Source: Buchnera aphidicola str. APS (Acyrthosiphon pisum) (lineage in GTDB: Bacteria > Pseudomonadota > Gammaproteobacteria > Enterobacterales > Enterobacteriaceae). From it: a DNA stretch of 32,000 nucleotides. The position numbers and the translations under genes are program-made. The stretch spans positions 608,682 to 640,681 of the forward strand of contig NC_002528.1 in the NCBI RefSeq assembly GCF_000009605.1, read 5' to 3'. The notes under the pieces are model-generated. The model saw only the letters and a list, made by a program, of their open reading frames with translations. It was not told the DNA's origin and made no database searches. Shown here one piece after another: positions 1-10,099 of this stretch. Numbering within the stretch: the stretch's first letter is position 1; each line of letters starts with the position of its first letter.

Positions 1-527
1 AAATGATTCTTATATGGACGTAATGCTTCAGTAACCATATATGGTCCTAAATCAGATCCACCAATTCCAATATTTACAACATTAGAAATAGATTTTCCCG
101 TATAACCTTTCCATTCTCCATGAATAACCATTTTTGAAAAATTTTTCATTTTTTCCAACAACGCATTAACTTCTAACATAATATTACAATTATTTAATAT
201 GATAGGACGATTAGTTCGATTTCGTAGTGCTATATGTAAAACAGAACGATTCTCTGTTTTATTAATTTTAGCTCCAGAAAACATTAATTTTATTCCAGAT
301 TTTACATCAGTCTCTTTAGCTAGATTTAATAAATAAATTAAAGTTTCATCAGTAATTCGATTTTTTGAAAAATCAATTAACATTTCATTTTCAAAAATTA
401 TTGAAAATTTTTTAAATCGATTCAAATCAGATGCAAATAGATCCCTTAAGTGAATATTTTTTATTTTTCTAAAATGATTTTTTAAATCTTGATAAGATTG
501 AGTGTTATTAAAATTGATGTTTTTCAT
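1..527 (-). CDS. pgi: glucose-6-phosphate isomerase, N-terminal part (gene runs off the left edge of the window)
   Basis: Minus-strand reading from the ATG complement at 525-527 gives [42 protein letters not shown]...[11 protein letters not shown]...[23 protein letters not shown]...[20 protein letters not shown], closely matching E. coli Pgi. Confidence 0.97.
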   Translation of the reverse strand, partial: MKNINFNNTQSYQDLKNHFRKIKNIHLRDLFASDLNRFKKFSIIFENEMLIDFSKNRITDETLIYLLNLAKETDVKSGIKLMFSGAKINKTENRSVLHIALRNRTNRPIILNNCNIMLEVNALLEKMKNFSKMVIHGEWKGYTGKSISNVVNIGIGGSDLGPYMVTEALRPYKNH

Positions 528-840
528 TAACGAATTTATCTCTCGTAAAATGTATAAAAAATTTTCTTATAAAGAAATTGTTATATATCTAAAAAATAAA
601 AATATATTTTTAAATATTTTAAAAATTTAAAATTATTTTATTTTTAATGTGTATATAAAATATTTTAAATTTTTCTAGAATAATATATTCTAATCAAAAA
701 ATTTTTATATATAATTAACATATATAATATAGAAATTAAATAAAAAAAATCATTAATTAATAATTAAAAAAATTCTATTTTTATCTTATTAAAATCAAGT
801 TTAATGTTAATAAAAAAATATTTAATAATTATGAAAAAAT

Positions 841-1395
841 ATGAAAATCAATAAAAAAAATTTAATCTGGATAGATTTAGAAATGACTGGACTGAATCCT
901 AAAGTACATCGTATTATTGAAATTGCTACTTTAATAACAGATACTAATTTAAATATAATTGCAGAGGGTCCGGTAATTCCTATATATCAGAAGAAGGAAC
1001 ATATTTTAGTCATGGATGAATGGAATAAGAGAATCCATGAAAACAATGGATTGATAAAACGTGTTGAAAAAAGTCTTTATAACGAACAAAAAGCCGAACA
1101 TGAAACTATTCTTTTTTTAAAAAAATGGGTACCCATTCAAGTGTCTCCAATGTGTGGAAACAGTATTGCGCAAGATAGAAGGTTTTTATTTCAATATATG
1201 CCACATTTAGAAAATTATTTTCATTATCGGTATATAGATGTTAGTACGATTAAAGAATTAGCTTATCGATGGAACCCATCAATACTAGATAAGTTTAAAA
1301 AAAATCATTATCATAAAGCATTAGAAGATATCCGTGAATCTGTAGTAGAATTGAATTTTTATAAAAAAAACTTTTTAAAATTTAAGAAAAAATAA
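841..1395 (+). CDS. orn: oligoribonuclease
   Basis: [13 protein letters not shown]...[11 protein letters not shown]; DEDD-family 3'-5' exoribonuclease motifs; 184 aa. Confidence 0.97.
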   Translation: MKINKKNLIWIDLEMTGLNPKVHRIIEIATLITDTNLNIIAEGPVIPIYQKKEHILVMDEWNKRIHENNGLIKRVEKSLYNEQKAEHETILFLKKWVPIQVSPMCGNSIAQDRRFLFQYMPHLENYFHYRYIDVSTIKELAYRWNPSILDKFKKNHYHKALEDIRESVVELNFYKKNFLKFKKK

Positions 1396-1418
1396 TTTTT
1401 TACAAAAGAAAACTTGAA

Positions 1419-1448
1419 AAATTTATTTTATATATATAAAATAAATTT
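1419..1448. repeat. perfect 30-nt A/T-only palindrome (possible weak terminator between orn and tRNA-Gly)
   Basis: aaatttattttatatatataaaataaattt is its own reverse complement. Confidence 0.4.
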
Positions 1449-1482
1449 ATAGTATAAAAAACTATTATATATATTTATTATT

Positions 1483-1558
1483 GCGGGAATAGCTCAGTTG
1501 GTAGAGCACAACCTTGCCAAGGTTGGGGTCGCGAGTTCAAGTCTCGTTTCCCGCTCCA
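1483..1558 (+). tRNA. tRNA-Gly(GCC), CCA encoded
   Basis: gcgggaa ... ttcccgc acceptor stem, anticodon loop cttGCCaag, TpsiC gttcaag, discriminator T, encoded CCA. Confidence 0.96.
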
Positions 1559-1610
1559 ATCATATTATCCAAAAATATTGTTTAAAAATAATTGATATAA
1601 AGGAAAATTT

Positions 1611-2560
1611 ATGATTTTTAATTCCTGCAAATGGATAATATTTTTTATATTTTTAATTTCATTTCACATCAAAGCTAATAGTATTTTCGTTAAAAAAAAT
1701 AATCCCAAAAAAATACAAAATTTTTTTTTAATACCGACTATTTAAAAAAAAGTAATAAAATATTATATCAGAAAAAAAAATTTTTTAAAAAAAATAATTT
1801 TTATTATAAAAAAGAACTGTCTGAAAATCAAAAAAATAATAATATATTGTCAAAAAAAATTACGATATTAATAGATGCAGGACATGGCGGATATGATCCA
1901 GGAGCTATTGGAATTCGAGGATTAAAAGAAAAAAATATTAATATCGAAATAGCACTAAAACTTGAAAAATTACTCAATCATGACAAGATGTTTTGTACAA
2001 TCCTCACACGACACAATGATTCTTATCTTTCATTGAAAAAAAGAAAGCAGTTACTTAAAAAAAACCAGGTGAATTTTTTAATATCAATTCATGCTGATTC
2101 TTCCAGAAAACAAAATGTATCCGGAGCATCTATTTGGATAGTTTCAAAGACTAGAATAAATCGTGAAATTAATAATTATTTAAAAAACAAATCCACTCTT
2201 CTTTTTTCTAAAAAAATTGAAAACATATTTAAGCAAAATAAAAACGATTTTTTTTTAAAAAAAACTATTCTAGATTTACAATCTAATAATTTTCAAAAAA
2301 TAGAGTTAGATCTATCTAAAGAAATACTAAAACAACTTGAAAAAAATACAAAATTAAATAAAAAATATCCAAATTATGCTAGTCTAGGCATATTAAGCTC
2401 TATTAACACACCTTCCATATTAATAGAAACCGGTTTTATTACAAATATTTTAGAAGGGAAAAAATTAAAAACTACTAATTACCAAAACAAAATTGCTAAT
2501 TCTATTTATCTAGGTCTCAAAAATTATTTTACAAAATCGTCTTATATATTAAAAAAATAA
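1611..2560 (+). CDS. amiB: N-acetylmuramoyl-L-alanine amidase AmiB, AMIN domain absent. The catalytic ORF runs 1847-2560 (TTG start). A separate upstream ORF 1611-1745 encodes a signal-peptide-like leader in another frame.
   Basis: ITILIDAGHGGYDPGAIGIRGLKEKNI, RHNDSYLSL, FLISIHADSS, ILIETGFITN are amidase_3 motifs that match E. coli AmiB. The upstream ORF MIFNSCKWIIFFIFLISFHIKANS looks like a Sec leader. The frames differ by one base in a region with A7 (1707-1713) and T9 (1721-1729). Confidence 0.85.
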
Positions 2561-2592
2561 AAGTTTTTTAAAAAATATTAATTGTATTATTA

Positions 2593-2630
2593 TTAAGCAT
2601 CTAAACATATCAGAAAATCAAGATGCTTAA
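2593..2630. terminator. bidirectional hairpin terminator between convergent amiB and rpmE
   Basis: Perfect 10-bp inverted repeat ttaagcatct (2593-2602) / agatgcttaa (2621-2630), in the gap between convergent genes. Confidence 0.6.
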
Positions 2631-2667
2631 ATCTTAAAAAAATCAATTAAAAAATACAAGATAGTTT

Positions 2668-2886
2668 TTAATTTAATTCTTGCTTAGTAAACTTAAAGCG
2701 TTTTTTAAATCTTTCAACACGACCTCCAGTATCAATGACTCTTTGTTTACCTGTATAGAATGGATGACATTTTGCACATATATCTAAATTTAGATTGTGA
2801 TTGATAGTAGAAAAAATTTCAATTATATTTCCACAAGAGCAAGTAGCTGTTATCTTGGAATAACGAGGGTGAATTTTTTTTTTCAT
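2668..2886 (-). CDS. rpmE: 50S ribosomal protein L31 (zinc-binding form)
   Basis: [20 protein letters not shown]...[28 protein letters not shown]; Cys residues conserved. Confidence 0.97.
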   Translation of the reverse strand: MKKKIHPRYSKITATCSCGNIIEIFSTINHNLNLDICAKCHPFYTGKQRVIDTGGRVERFKKRFKFTKQELN

Positions 2887-2997
2887 AAAAGTATTCTCAA
2901 ATTAATTTAGAGTATCTACATTCGGATACAACTATTAATATATGAATATTAGAAAATTATCAATTTTTATTTATAAAAAAAGACATGAAGAAAATAT

Positions 2998-3255
2998 ATG
3001 TATAATGATAAATATAAAATCAATTCTGCGTATTTTAATAAAAAAACAAAAAAAATAAAAAAAAAAAATAAATTAACATGTATATGTTTTATTTTAATGT
3101 CTACATTAATTTTTATTGTTTATTTAAATATAAACTTAAAAAAACCTTCTGAAATAAAAGATAAAAATTTTATAAAAAAAAGCAAAAATAATGATGTATT
3201 ACCTCCTAAACCAAAAGAAAAATGGAAATATATTGAAAAATTAGAAAATTCATAA
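2998..3255 (+). CDS. ftsN: minimal FtsN-like division protein (cytoplasmic tail, TM helix and essential peptide only)
   Basis: 85 aa; single TM TCICFILMSTLIFIVYLNI; C-terminus LPPKPKEKWKYIEKLENS aligns with E. coli FtsN LPPKPEERWRYIKELESR. Position between rpmE and hslV is that of ftsN in E. coli (rpmE-cytR-ftsN-hslV). Confidence 0.8.
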   Translation: MYNDKYKINSAYFNKKTKKIKKKNKLTCICFILMSTLIFIVYLNINLKKPSEIKDKNFIKKSKNNDVLPPKPKEKWKYIEKLENS

Positions 3256-3473
3256 AACATATTTTTAAAAAATTTATTAGGTTTAATGAGTAACATTTTA
3301 TATGATGAAATAAATTATTTGAAAAAGTATTGAGAAAAATATTTTAAAAAAATAATATAAGTAAAAATCATATGCTATTTTAATAAAATAGATAATTACA
3401 TCTTATATAAAGTATTTTTGTATTAGCAAGAATATATAAGAAACAAAAATATTATTTTAAAGAGGCTTTTCTT

Positions 3474-4004
3474 GTGACCACAATATTAAGTGTGAGATTA
3501 AAAAATAAAGTAGTAATTGGAGGTGATGGACAAGCAACTTTAGGCAATACAATCATGAAAAGTAATGTAAAAAAAATTAGATCTTTATATCACGAAAAAG
3601 TTATTGCTGGTTTTGCAGGAGGAACTGCAGATGCATTTACTTTATTTGAAATGTTTGACAAAAAATTAGCTATGTATCAAGGCCAATTACAACGAGCAGC
3701 TATTGAATTAGCAAAAGATTGGCGATCTGATAGAATGTTAAGAAAACTCGAAGCATTATTAGCAGTTGCTGACAAAAAAACCTCCTTGATTATTACAGGA
3801 AACGGCGATGTTATACAACCTGAAGACGACTTAATAGCTATAGGATCAGGTGGTTCTTATGCTCAATCTTCTGCTCGAGCATTAATAGAAAACACGCATT
3901 TAGACGCAAATCAAATTGTAAGAAAATCATTAAATATTGCAGCTAATATTTGTATATATACAAATCATAATTTCACTATAAAAGAACTATTTTCAGAAAA
4001 ATAA
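3474..4004 (+). CDS. hslV: ATP-dependent protease subunit HslV (GTG start)
   Basis: [37 protein letters not shown]...[15 protein letters not shown]; 176 aa; directly followed by hslU. Confidence 0.98.
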   Translation: MTTILSVRLKNKVVIGGDGQATLGNTIMKSNVKKIRSLYHEKVIAGFAGGTADAFTLFEMFDKKLAMYQGQLQRAAIELAKDWRSDRMLRKLEALLAVADKKTSLIITGNGDVIQPEDDLIAIGSGGSYAQSSARALIENTHLDANQIVRKSLNIAANICIYTNHNFTIKELFSEK

Positions 4005-4016
4005 GGATTATTCTCT

Positions 4017-5348
4017 ATGTCTGAAATGACTCCTCCTCAAATTGTTTCTGAACTCGACAAATTCATTATTGGTCAAGAAAAAGCAAAAAGAGCCGTGTCT
4101 ATTGCATTAAGAAATCGTTGGCGTCGTATGCAGTTAAACAGTGAACTTCGTTATGAAGTGACCCCTAAAAATATTTTAATGATTGGTCCTACAGGAGTAG
4201 GTAAAACAGAAATAGCAAGACGTTTAGCTAAACTAGCAGATTCTCCATTTATTAAAGTAGAAGCAACTAAATTTACGGAAGTAGGATATGTTGGGAAAGA
4301 AGTAGACTCAATTATTCGTGATTTAACTGATGCTGCAATCAAAATGATTCGAATTAAAAATATTAAAAAAAATAAAGTTCGAGTAGAAGAAATAGTAGAG
4401 GAAAAAATATTAGATGTTCTTGTGCCTACACCTAAAAAAAACTGGACAGAAAGTGAAAAAAATGAAAGTCTTGCAAAAACAATTCAAACATTTCGAAAAA
4501 AATTGCGAGAGGGTGTTTTAGACGAGAAAGAAATAGAAATAAACATATTATCAACTACTATGGGTGTTGAAATAATGGCACCACCAGGTATGGAAGAATT
4601 GACTAATCAATTACAATCTTTATTTCAAAATTTAGGAGGACATAAAAAAAGTAGTAGACGTCTTAAAATTAAAGATGCTATTGTATTGCTAACAGAAGAA
4701 GAGGCTGCTAAATTAATTAACCAAGAAGAGATTAAAAAAGAAGCAATTAATGCAGTTGAACAAAACGGCATAGTTTTTATTGATGAAATTGATAAAATAT
4801 GCAGACGAGGTGATTCTTCAGGTCCAGATATCTCTCGAGAAGGTGTTCAAAGAGACCTACTCCCATTAGTTGAAGGATGTACTGTATCTACTAAACATGG
4901 AATGGTTAAAACAGATCATATTTTATTTATAGCATCTGGAGCATTTCAAACATCTACGCCTTCTGATTTAATTCCTGAACTACAAGGACGTCTTCCAATA
5001 AAAGTAGAATTGCAAGCACTTACCATCGATGATTTTGAAAAAATCTTAACTGAACCTACAGCATCTATTACAGCACAGTATAAAGCACTTATGGAAACAG
5101 AAGGTGTTTATATTAATTTTACAAAGGAAGGGATACGTAATATTGCAGAAGCTGCTTGGAAAGTTAATGAATCTATAGAAAATATTGGAGCTCGTCGATT
5201 ACATACTGTATTAGAAAAATTAATGGAAGATATATCATTCAATGCTAGCGATAATAAAGGTAATACGATTGAAATCAATTCAAACTATGTAGAAGAACAT
5301 TTAGATCAATTAACATCTAATGAAGATCTTGGTCGTTTTATTTTATAA
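4017..5348 (+). CDS. hslU: ATP-dependent protease ATPase subunit HslU
   Basis: [25 protein letters not shown], Walker [18 protein letters not shown], Walker B FIDEIDKI; 443 aa. Confidence 0.98.
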
Positions 5349-5438
5349 TTTTTATTCAAAATATTTATCCATTATTATTTTTTATTAAAATGGATGAATA
5401 TTTTTTTAAAAAATATTTAAATTAATTCTCAAATTACT

Positions 5439-5466
5439 ATTGAAAAAAAAAAATAAGACCTTACCT
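5439..5466 (+). promoter_or_regulatory. putative sigma-32 heat-shock promoter of ibpA with a poly(A) spacer
   Basis: aTTGAAA (TTGAAA at 5440-5445), an A11 run at 5443-5453, then taagaccttac; located ~90-115 bp upstream of the ibpA ATG. The -10 match is weak. Confidence 0.5.
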
Positions 5467-5554
5467 TAAAATAAAACATTTTTAATTTTTTATAACGTAA
5501 AAAATATTTAAATTATAAATATTTTTCAAACCATAAAATATTAGAGGATTTTTT

Positions 5555-6028
5555 ATGTCTTATCGTTCTCTCTCATTTATACCAAATTTTAATGATCATA
5601 ATGTTTTTTCAAATAGATTCAATCAAATTGATAAAATGTTTAGTACTCTTACAGGAGAAAAACCAATATCTGATACACCGACATATAATCTATGTCAAAT
5701 AAATGAAATTGAATATCAATTAACACTAAGTATTCCTGGATACCAGGAAAAAGAATTAGATATATCTGTTCACAATAACCAATTATCTATTCAAGGAAAA
5801 AAAGAAAATAGTGATACTCAAGAATGTAATAAATGGTTACATAAAGGTATAGTGTTTAATAATTTTTCTTTGAATTTTAATTTAGACCATAAAATTAAAG
5901 TAAAAAAAGCAGAGTTATCTTTAGGTCTATTGAAATTAGATTTTGAATGCAATATCCCGGAAGAGGAAAAACCTAAAAAAATTTCTATTAATGTACCTAA
6001 TGATACTAAAAAAATTGATAAAAAATAA
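5555..6028 (+). CDS. ibpA: small heat shock protein (IbpA/Hsp20 family)
   Basis: MSYRSLSFIPNF...YNLCQINEIEYQLTLSIPGYQEKELDISVHNNQLSIQGKKE...WLHKGIVFNNFSLNFNL; alpha-crystallin domain; 157 aa. Confidence 0.95.
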   Translation: MSYRSLSFIPNFNDHNVFSNRFNQIDKMFSTLTGEKPISDTPTYNLCQINEIEYQLTLSIPGYQEKELDISVHNNQLSIQGKKENSDTQECNKWLHKGIVFNNFSLNFNLDHKIKVKKAELSLGLLKLDFECNIPEEEKPKKISINVPNDTKKIDKK

Positions 6029-6045
6029 AATTAAAAAAATATAAA

Positions 6046-6077
6046 ATCACTGCGCTTATAAAAATAAGCACAGTGAT
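6046..6077 (+). terminator. hairpin terminator downstream of ibpA
   Basis: atcactgcgcttat (6046-6059) / ataagcacagtgat (6064-6077), 13 of 14 positions pair, 4-nt loop; no strong U tract. Confidence 0.6.
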
Positions 6078-6104
6078 CTAACTAAAAATTATTGAGAATA
6101 AATA

Positions 6105-6863
6105 ATGAATCCATGGATTAATGCAGACGTTTTGATGGTAAAAAAATGGACTAAAAATTTATTCAGTCTTATTTTAAATGCTCCTATAGAACCTTTTTTT
6201 GCAGGACAATTTAATAAATTAGCTCTATATAACAGTAATCCTTTAAATAAAAATAAAATTCAGAGGGCATACTCATATGTTAACGCTCCTAGTGAAAAAA
6301 ACTTAGAAATTTATATTGTTCGTGTGCTCAATGGACAACTAAGCAATCTACTATATAATCTTCATAGTGGCGATAAAATTTTTATCAAAAAAAAATCATT
6401 TGGTTTTTTTATTATAGATGAAATACCAGATTGCGAAATACTATGGATGTTCGCTACAGGCACTGGAATAGGTCCCTATTGTTCAATTTTACAAGAAGGA
6501 AAAAATATTAATAGATTTAATCATATTATTTTAACACATGCAGTACGATATCAAAATGAACTAACTTATTTACCACTCATGAAAGAATTACGTCAGAAAT
6601 ATAATGGAAAATTACAAATTCAAACTATTACTAGTAGAGAAAAACATAAAAATTCTTTAAATGGAAGAATTCCTTTTTTATTAAGAAATAAAATATTAGA
6701 AAAACATGTTGGTTTTTCAATAAACCCTCAGACTTCACATGTTATGTTATGTGGAAATCCTTTTATGGTAAAAGATACGTTTTTATTTTTAAAAAATAAT
6801 AGAAATATGGAAAAGCATTTACGTCGAAAAAAAGGACATATTACCATGGAAAATTATTGGTAA
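6105..6863 (+). CDS. fpr: ferredoxin/flavodoxin--NADP+ reductase
   Basis: [46 protein letters not shown]; matches E. coli Fpr. Confidence 0.95.
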
Positions 6864-6880
6864 AATACCTTTTCTAAATT

Positions 6881-7855
6881 CTAACAACGATCTACCGGAA
6901 AAGCGATAACTTCATGAATACTTTTTTTATTCAAAATTAACATAATTAATCTATCTAAACCTATTGCTACACCTGAACAAGGAGGTAAGCCATAAGACAA
7001 AGCACTTAAAAAAAAATTATCGATTTTTCGTGTTGGAAGATTCATGGAACGACGTTCTTTATTATCTCTAATAAAACGTTTTTTTTGTTCATTTACATCT
7101 ATAAGTTCGTAAAAGCCATTTCCTAATTCTATTCCTTTAAAAAAAATTTCAAATCTTTCAGATATACGAGGATCTTTTAAGTTAATAGCAGCAAGAGACG
7201 CTTGTTCTGCAGGAAAATGATAAACAAATAAAGGTTTTTCTTTTCCTATATTAGGTTCTATTTTTAGCGTAAATAACAATTGTATCAATTTATTTAAATT
7301 ATTTTCAGAATGAGTTAAATGGTCTAATTTTAATTTTTTAGATATTTGATGCAATTCTAATAAATTAGTACATAAGGGATCTATTTTTAAAAAATCTATA
7401 AATAAATCTTGATAAGAAACTTTATCTGATTTATTACATTTTAATATAATTTGAAGGAATATATCTATTTCTTTAATAAATTTTTTCATCGAACAAAAAG
7501 GTTGATACCATTCTAACATAGTAAATTCTGGATTATGATAACGACCTATTTCTTTATTCCTAAAACTATGACAAATTTGATATATAGATCCGCTTTCTGA
7601 TGCTAATAAACGCTTCATATGATATTCTGGACTAGTTGTCAACCATAATTTTAACTCATCAATATTATCTGATGAAATATAATTTGTTTCAAATGATGTT
7701 AAATGTACATCTGTAACTGTTGAACGTGATAAAATTGGTGTTTCAACTTCAAGTATATTTTTTTTAGAAAAAAATAAACGAATATTAGAAATAATATTTG
7801 ATCTTTTGATTAAATCCTCGATGGAAGCGCTTGATTTCCAGATTTTTTTTTTCAT
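6881..7855 (-). CDS. epmA: elongation factor P--(R)-beta-lysine ligase (EpmA/PoxA/GenX)
   Basis: [52 protein letters not shown]... matches the E. coli EpmA N-terminus. Start chosen at 7855, not 7957 as in the ORF track, because the 34-aa extension overlaps divergent coaD. Confidence 0.95.
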   Translation of the reverse strand: MKKKIWKSSASIEDLIKRSNIISNIRLFFSKKNILEVETPILSRSTVTDVHLTSFETNYISSDNIDELKLWLTTSPEYHMKRLLASESGSIYQICHSFRNKEIGRYHNPEFTMLEWYQPFCSMKKFIKEIDIFLQIILKCNKSDKVSYQDLFIDFLKIDPLCTNLLELHQISKKLKLDHLTHSENNLNKLIQLLFTLKIEPNIGKEKPLFVYHFPAEQASLAAINLKDPRISERFEIFFKGIELGNGFYELIDVNEQKKRFIRDNKERRSMNLPTRKIDNFFLSALSYGLPPCSGVAIGLDRLIMLILNKKSIHEVIAFPVDRC

Positions 7856-7926
7856 TTTAATTTTCTTTAAAAATTTATTCGAATTGATAAAATTAATTAC
7901 TAGTAGAACAAAAAAAAATAAAAAAT

Positions 7927-8424
7927 ATGAACAAAACCGCAATATATCCAGGTACATTTGATCCGATTACATACGGACATTTAGATATTATAACACGTGC
8001 AACAAAAATATTTGATAGTATAACTATCGCAATTTCTAATAATTTTACAAAAAAACCCATTTTTAATTTAAAAGAACGAATAGAATTAACTCGAAAAGTT
8101 ACACTTCATTTAAAAAATGTAAAAAAAATACTTGGTTTTAACGATTTACTTGCTAATTTAGCAAAAAAAGAGAAGGCTAATATTTTAATTAGAGGAGTCA
8201 GAACAATATTTGATTTTGATTATGAAATAAAATTAGCGGCTATAAATAAACAAATTTATCCAGATTTAGATAGTATATTTTTACTTTCTTCTAAAGAAGT
8301 TTCTTTTATATCTTCATCTTTTGTTAAAGAAATAGCAAAATATAAAGGCGATATAAAACCGTATCTTCCAAAAGAAGCCCATTCTGCATTATTAAGAAAA
8401 CTAAATAACGATTCGATTAAGTAG
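7927..8424 (+). CDS. coaD: phosphopantetheine adenylyltransferase
   Basis: [30 protein letters not shown] (T/HxGH nucleotidyltransferase motif), [16 protein letters not shown]; 165 aa. Confidence 0.98.
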   Translation: MNKTAIYPGTFDPITYGHLDIITRATKIFDSITIAISNNFTKKPIFNLKERIELTRKVTLHLKNVKKILGFNDLLANLAKKEKANILIRGVRTIFDFDYEIKLAAINKQIYPDLDSIFLLSSKEVSFISSSFVKEIAKYKGDIKPYLPKEAHSALLRKLNNDSIK

Positions 8425-8441
8425 TGATTTTTTTATCAAAT

Positions 8442-8470
8442 ATAGTAGGGTATGTTATATACCCTACTAT
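8442..8470. terminator. bidirectional hairpin terminator between coaD and the convergent unknown gene
   Basis: Perfect 12-bp stem atagtagggtat (8442-8453) / ataccctactat (8459-8470), 5-nt loop, then ttattttta. Confidence 0.8.
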
Positions 8471-8510
8471 TTATTTTTAACATTATATGTCTATTTCAAA
8501 TATATAATAT

Positions 8511-9945
8511 TTATTTCATAAAATATGAATATTTCATTATTGGTGATGCATTTGGAGGAAGAATGATAGTTGCACGTATACCAAAAGATTTATATTTCTG
8601 TATATAATTATCATTTTTTACATCTAAATCAGATAAATTAGTCGCAACTAATTTAACAGAACCATCATCTAGAAAATTTATCTTATAAATATTCCGAGAA
8701 TGTTTAATTTGATACTGATCAATTTCCGGATGTTCAGAAATTAATTGAAGATAAGACTGACGCAGAAATTTTTGATTTGCATATGTAGAAATCAATTGTC
8801 GGAATTCGACATTTGGTACTATTGTCTTAAAATCTTTTAGCATTTTATTTCGATTGTTAACAGAAATTAAGGCATTGTTTACAACAAAAAGAAACGGATT
8901 AGTATCGTTCATAAAATCGTTATCTAAATCATTAGATGATTTTAAAAATTCATATTTTTTTTGAAAGTGTTTAATTGTAGATTGAATATTATTAAATGAA
9001 TTTAATTGATCTGAAACTGTCCATGTACTTTCATCAATGAAATCATTAGCATAAGATTCTTGAATATTTTTATTCATTCTTTGTCGAAAATTTTGATCCA
9101 TTTTTAATATACTTTTTCTGCCTTCCAAATCAAAATTCTCATCTAGTCTTTTAAAAGGATAAAAATCATTTTCATCTTCAGGTTCAGGTATAGGATTGGT
9201 AATTTCAGGAAATGAACTTTGATATTCAGGATGCCGTGGATTATTATTTAATTTATTAACAATCTTGATTTTTCCTTGATATCTGATTCTTTCTATAATA
9301 GCTCTAAGATAAACTTTCGAAGATTCAATAACTCTTTTAAGTTGTTCGATATGTTCAGATAAAGAAATAGTCGCTTCAGAATTCGAATCTATTTTCGCTC
9401 TATTCTCGTCTGATGAAAAAAATATTTTTTTGAATGTTGTACCATTGAAAAGATTTATAGTTTCTGTTTTGAAAGTTTGATAGGTGGTTATAACAGTATT
9501 AGTGATTGTTTTAATAATATTTTCTGCAATTTCTGAAAAGTCAAAATCTAAAGATTTTTTACTAGATAATTCTATTTCATTATCAAAAAAATTTGAATGG
9601 TGTTGTTCAGGAATTTTTTTTTATAAGTGTATTTTGAATAATTTCATTATCACTATTATCAGTAATATTGTTATTATTTTTTTCTAAATTATATTTTTCA
9701 AGAATGTTCTGTTCTATTTTTTTTTGAAGTATATTTAATAAAATTAAGGATTTTTTGTATGAATTTTCCAGATCTATCAATTTATTTTCATCTTCCAAAT
9801 CATAAGTATTTTGATCGTTTTTTTTAGATACAGTTTGATTCTTGTTTGTTTCAAACATTGTTTTTATGGCATCTGTGTAAATATCTATCGTATTAGGATG
9901 TGTTTTATTTGATTGATTGGGATTTAATAATAAATTGTGTAACAT
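8511..9945 (-). CDS. uncharacterised protein, probably one ~477-aa gene split by an A9 homopolymer frameshift (track ORFs 9607-9945 and 8511-9128)
   Basis: ATG at 9945 opens a 112-aa ORF ending just after an A9 run (minus strand; plus T9 at 9614-9622). The next frame is open without a stop from 9620 to the terminator at 8511 (369 aa). Removing one A gives 1434 nt = 477 aa plus stop. Confidence 0.75.
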
Positions 9946-10099
9946 AATATTTTGATCCTATTGTAAATTATTTTTTAGTATATTTTTATAAAATATTTTT
10001 TTGAACTTAAAATATATAAAAAAATTGTCAATGTAAATTATTAATTAGTTTTTTTTAAAAGTCAATTATTAATTTTCAAAAATAAAAAAAATAGAAAAC

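Noticed and set aside
3319-3324. TTGAAA upstream of hslV as a possible sigma-32 -35 element
   Set aside because: No acceptable -10 element at the right spacing; TTGAAA is expected often in this composition.
4151-4342. 63-aa minus-strand ORF inside hslU
   Set aside because: Antisense to a strongly conserved gene, no recognisable protein or start context.
7856-7957. Hydrophobic N-terminal extension of EpmA ([19 protein letters not shown]...)
   Set aside because: EpmA homologues start at the [11 protein letters not shown] position; the extension overlaps divergent coaD and is out-of-gene A/T-rich sequence.
9484-9687. 67-aa plus-strand ORF with hydrophobic N-terminus (MVITVLVIVLIIFSAISEKS...)
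   Set aside because: Antisense to the reconstructed unknown gene; hydrophobicity comes from the reverse complement of Asn/Lys/Thr-rich coding sequence.
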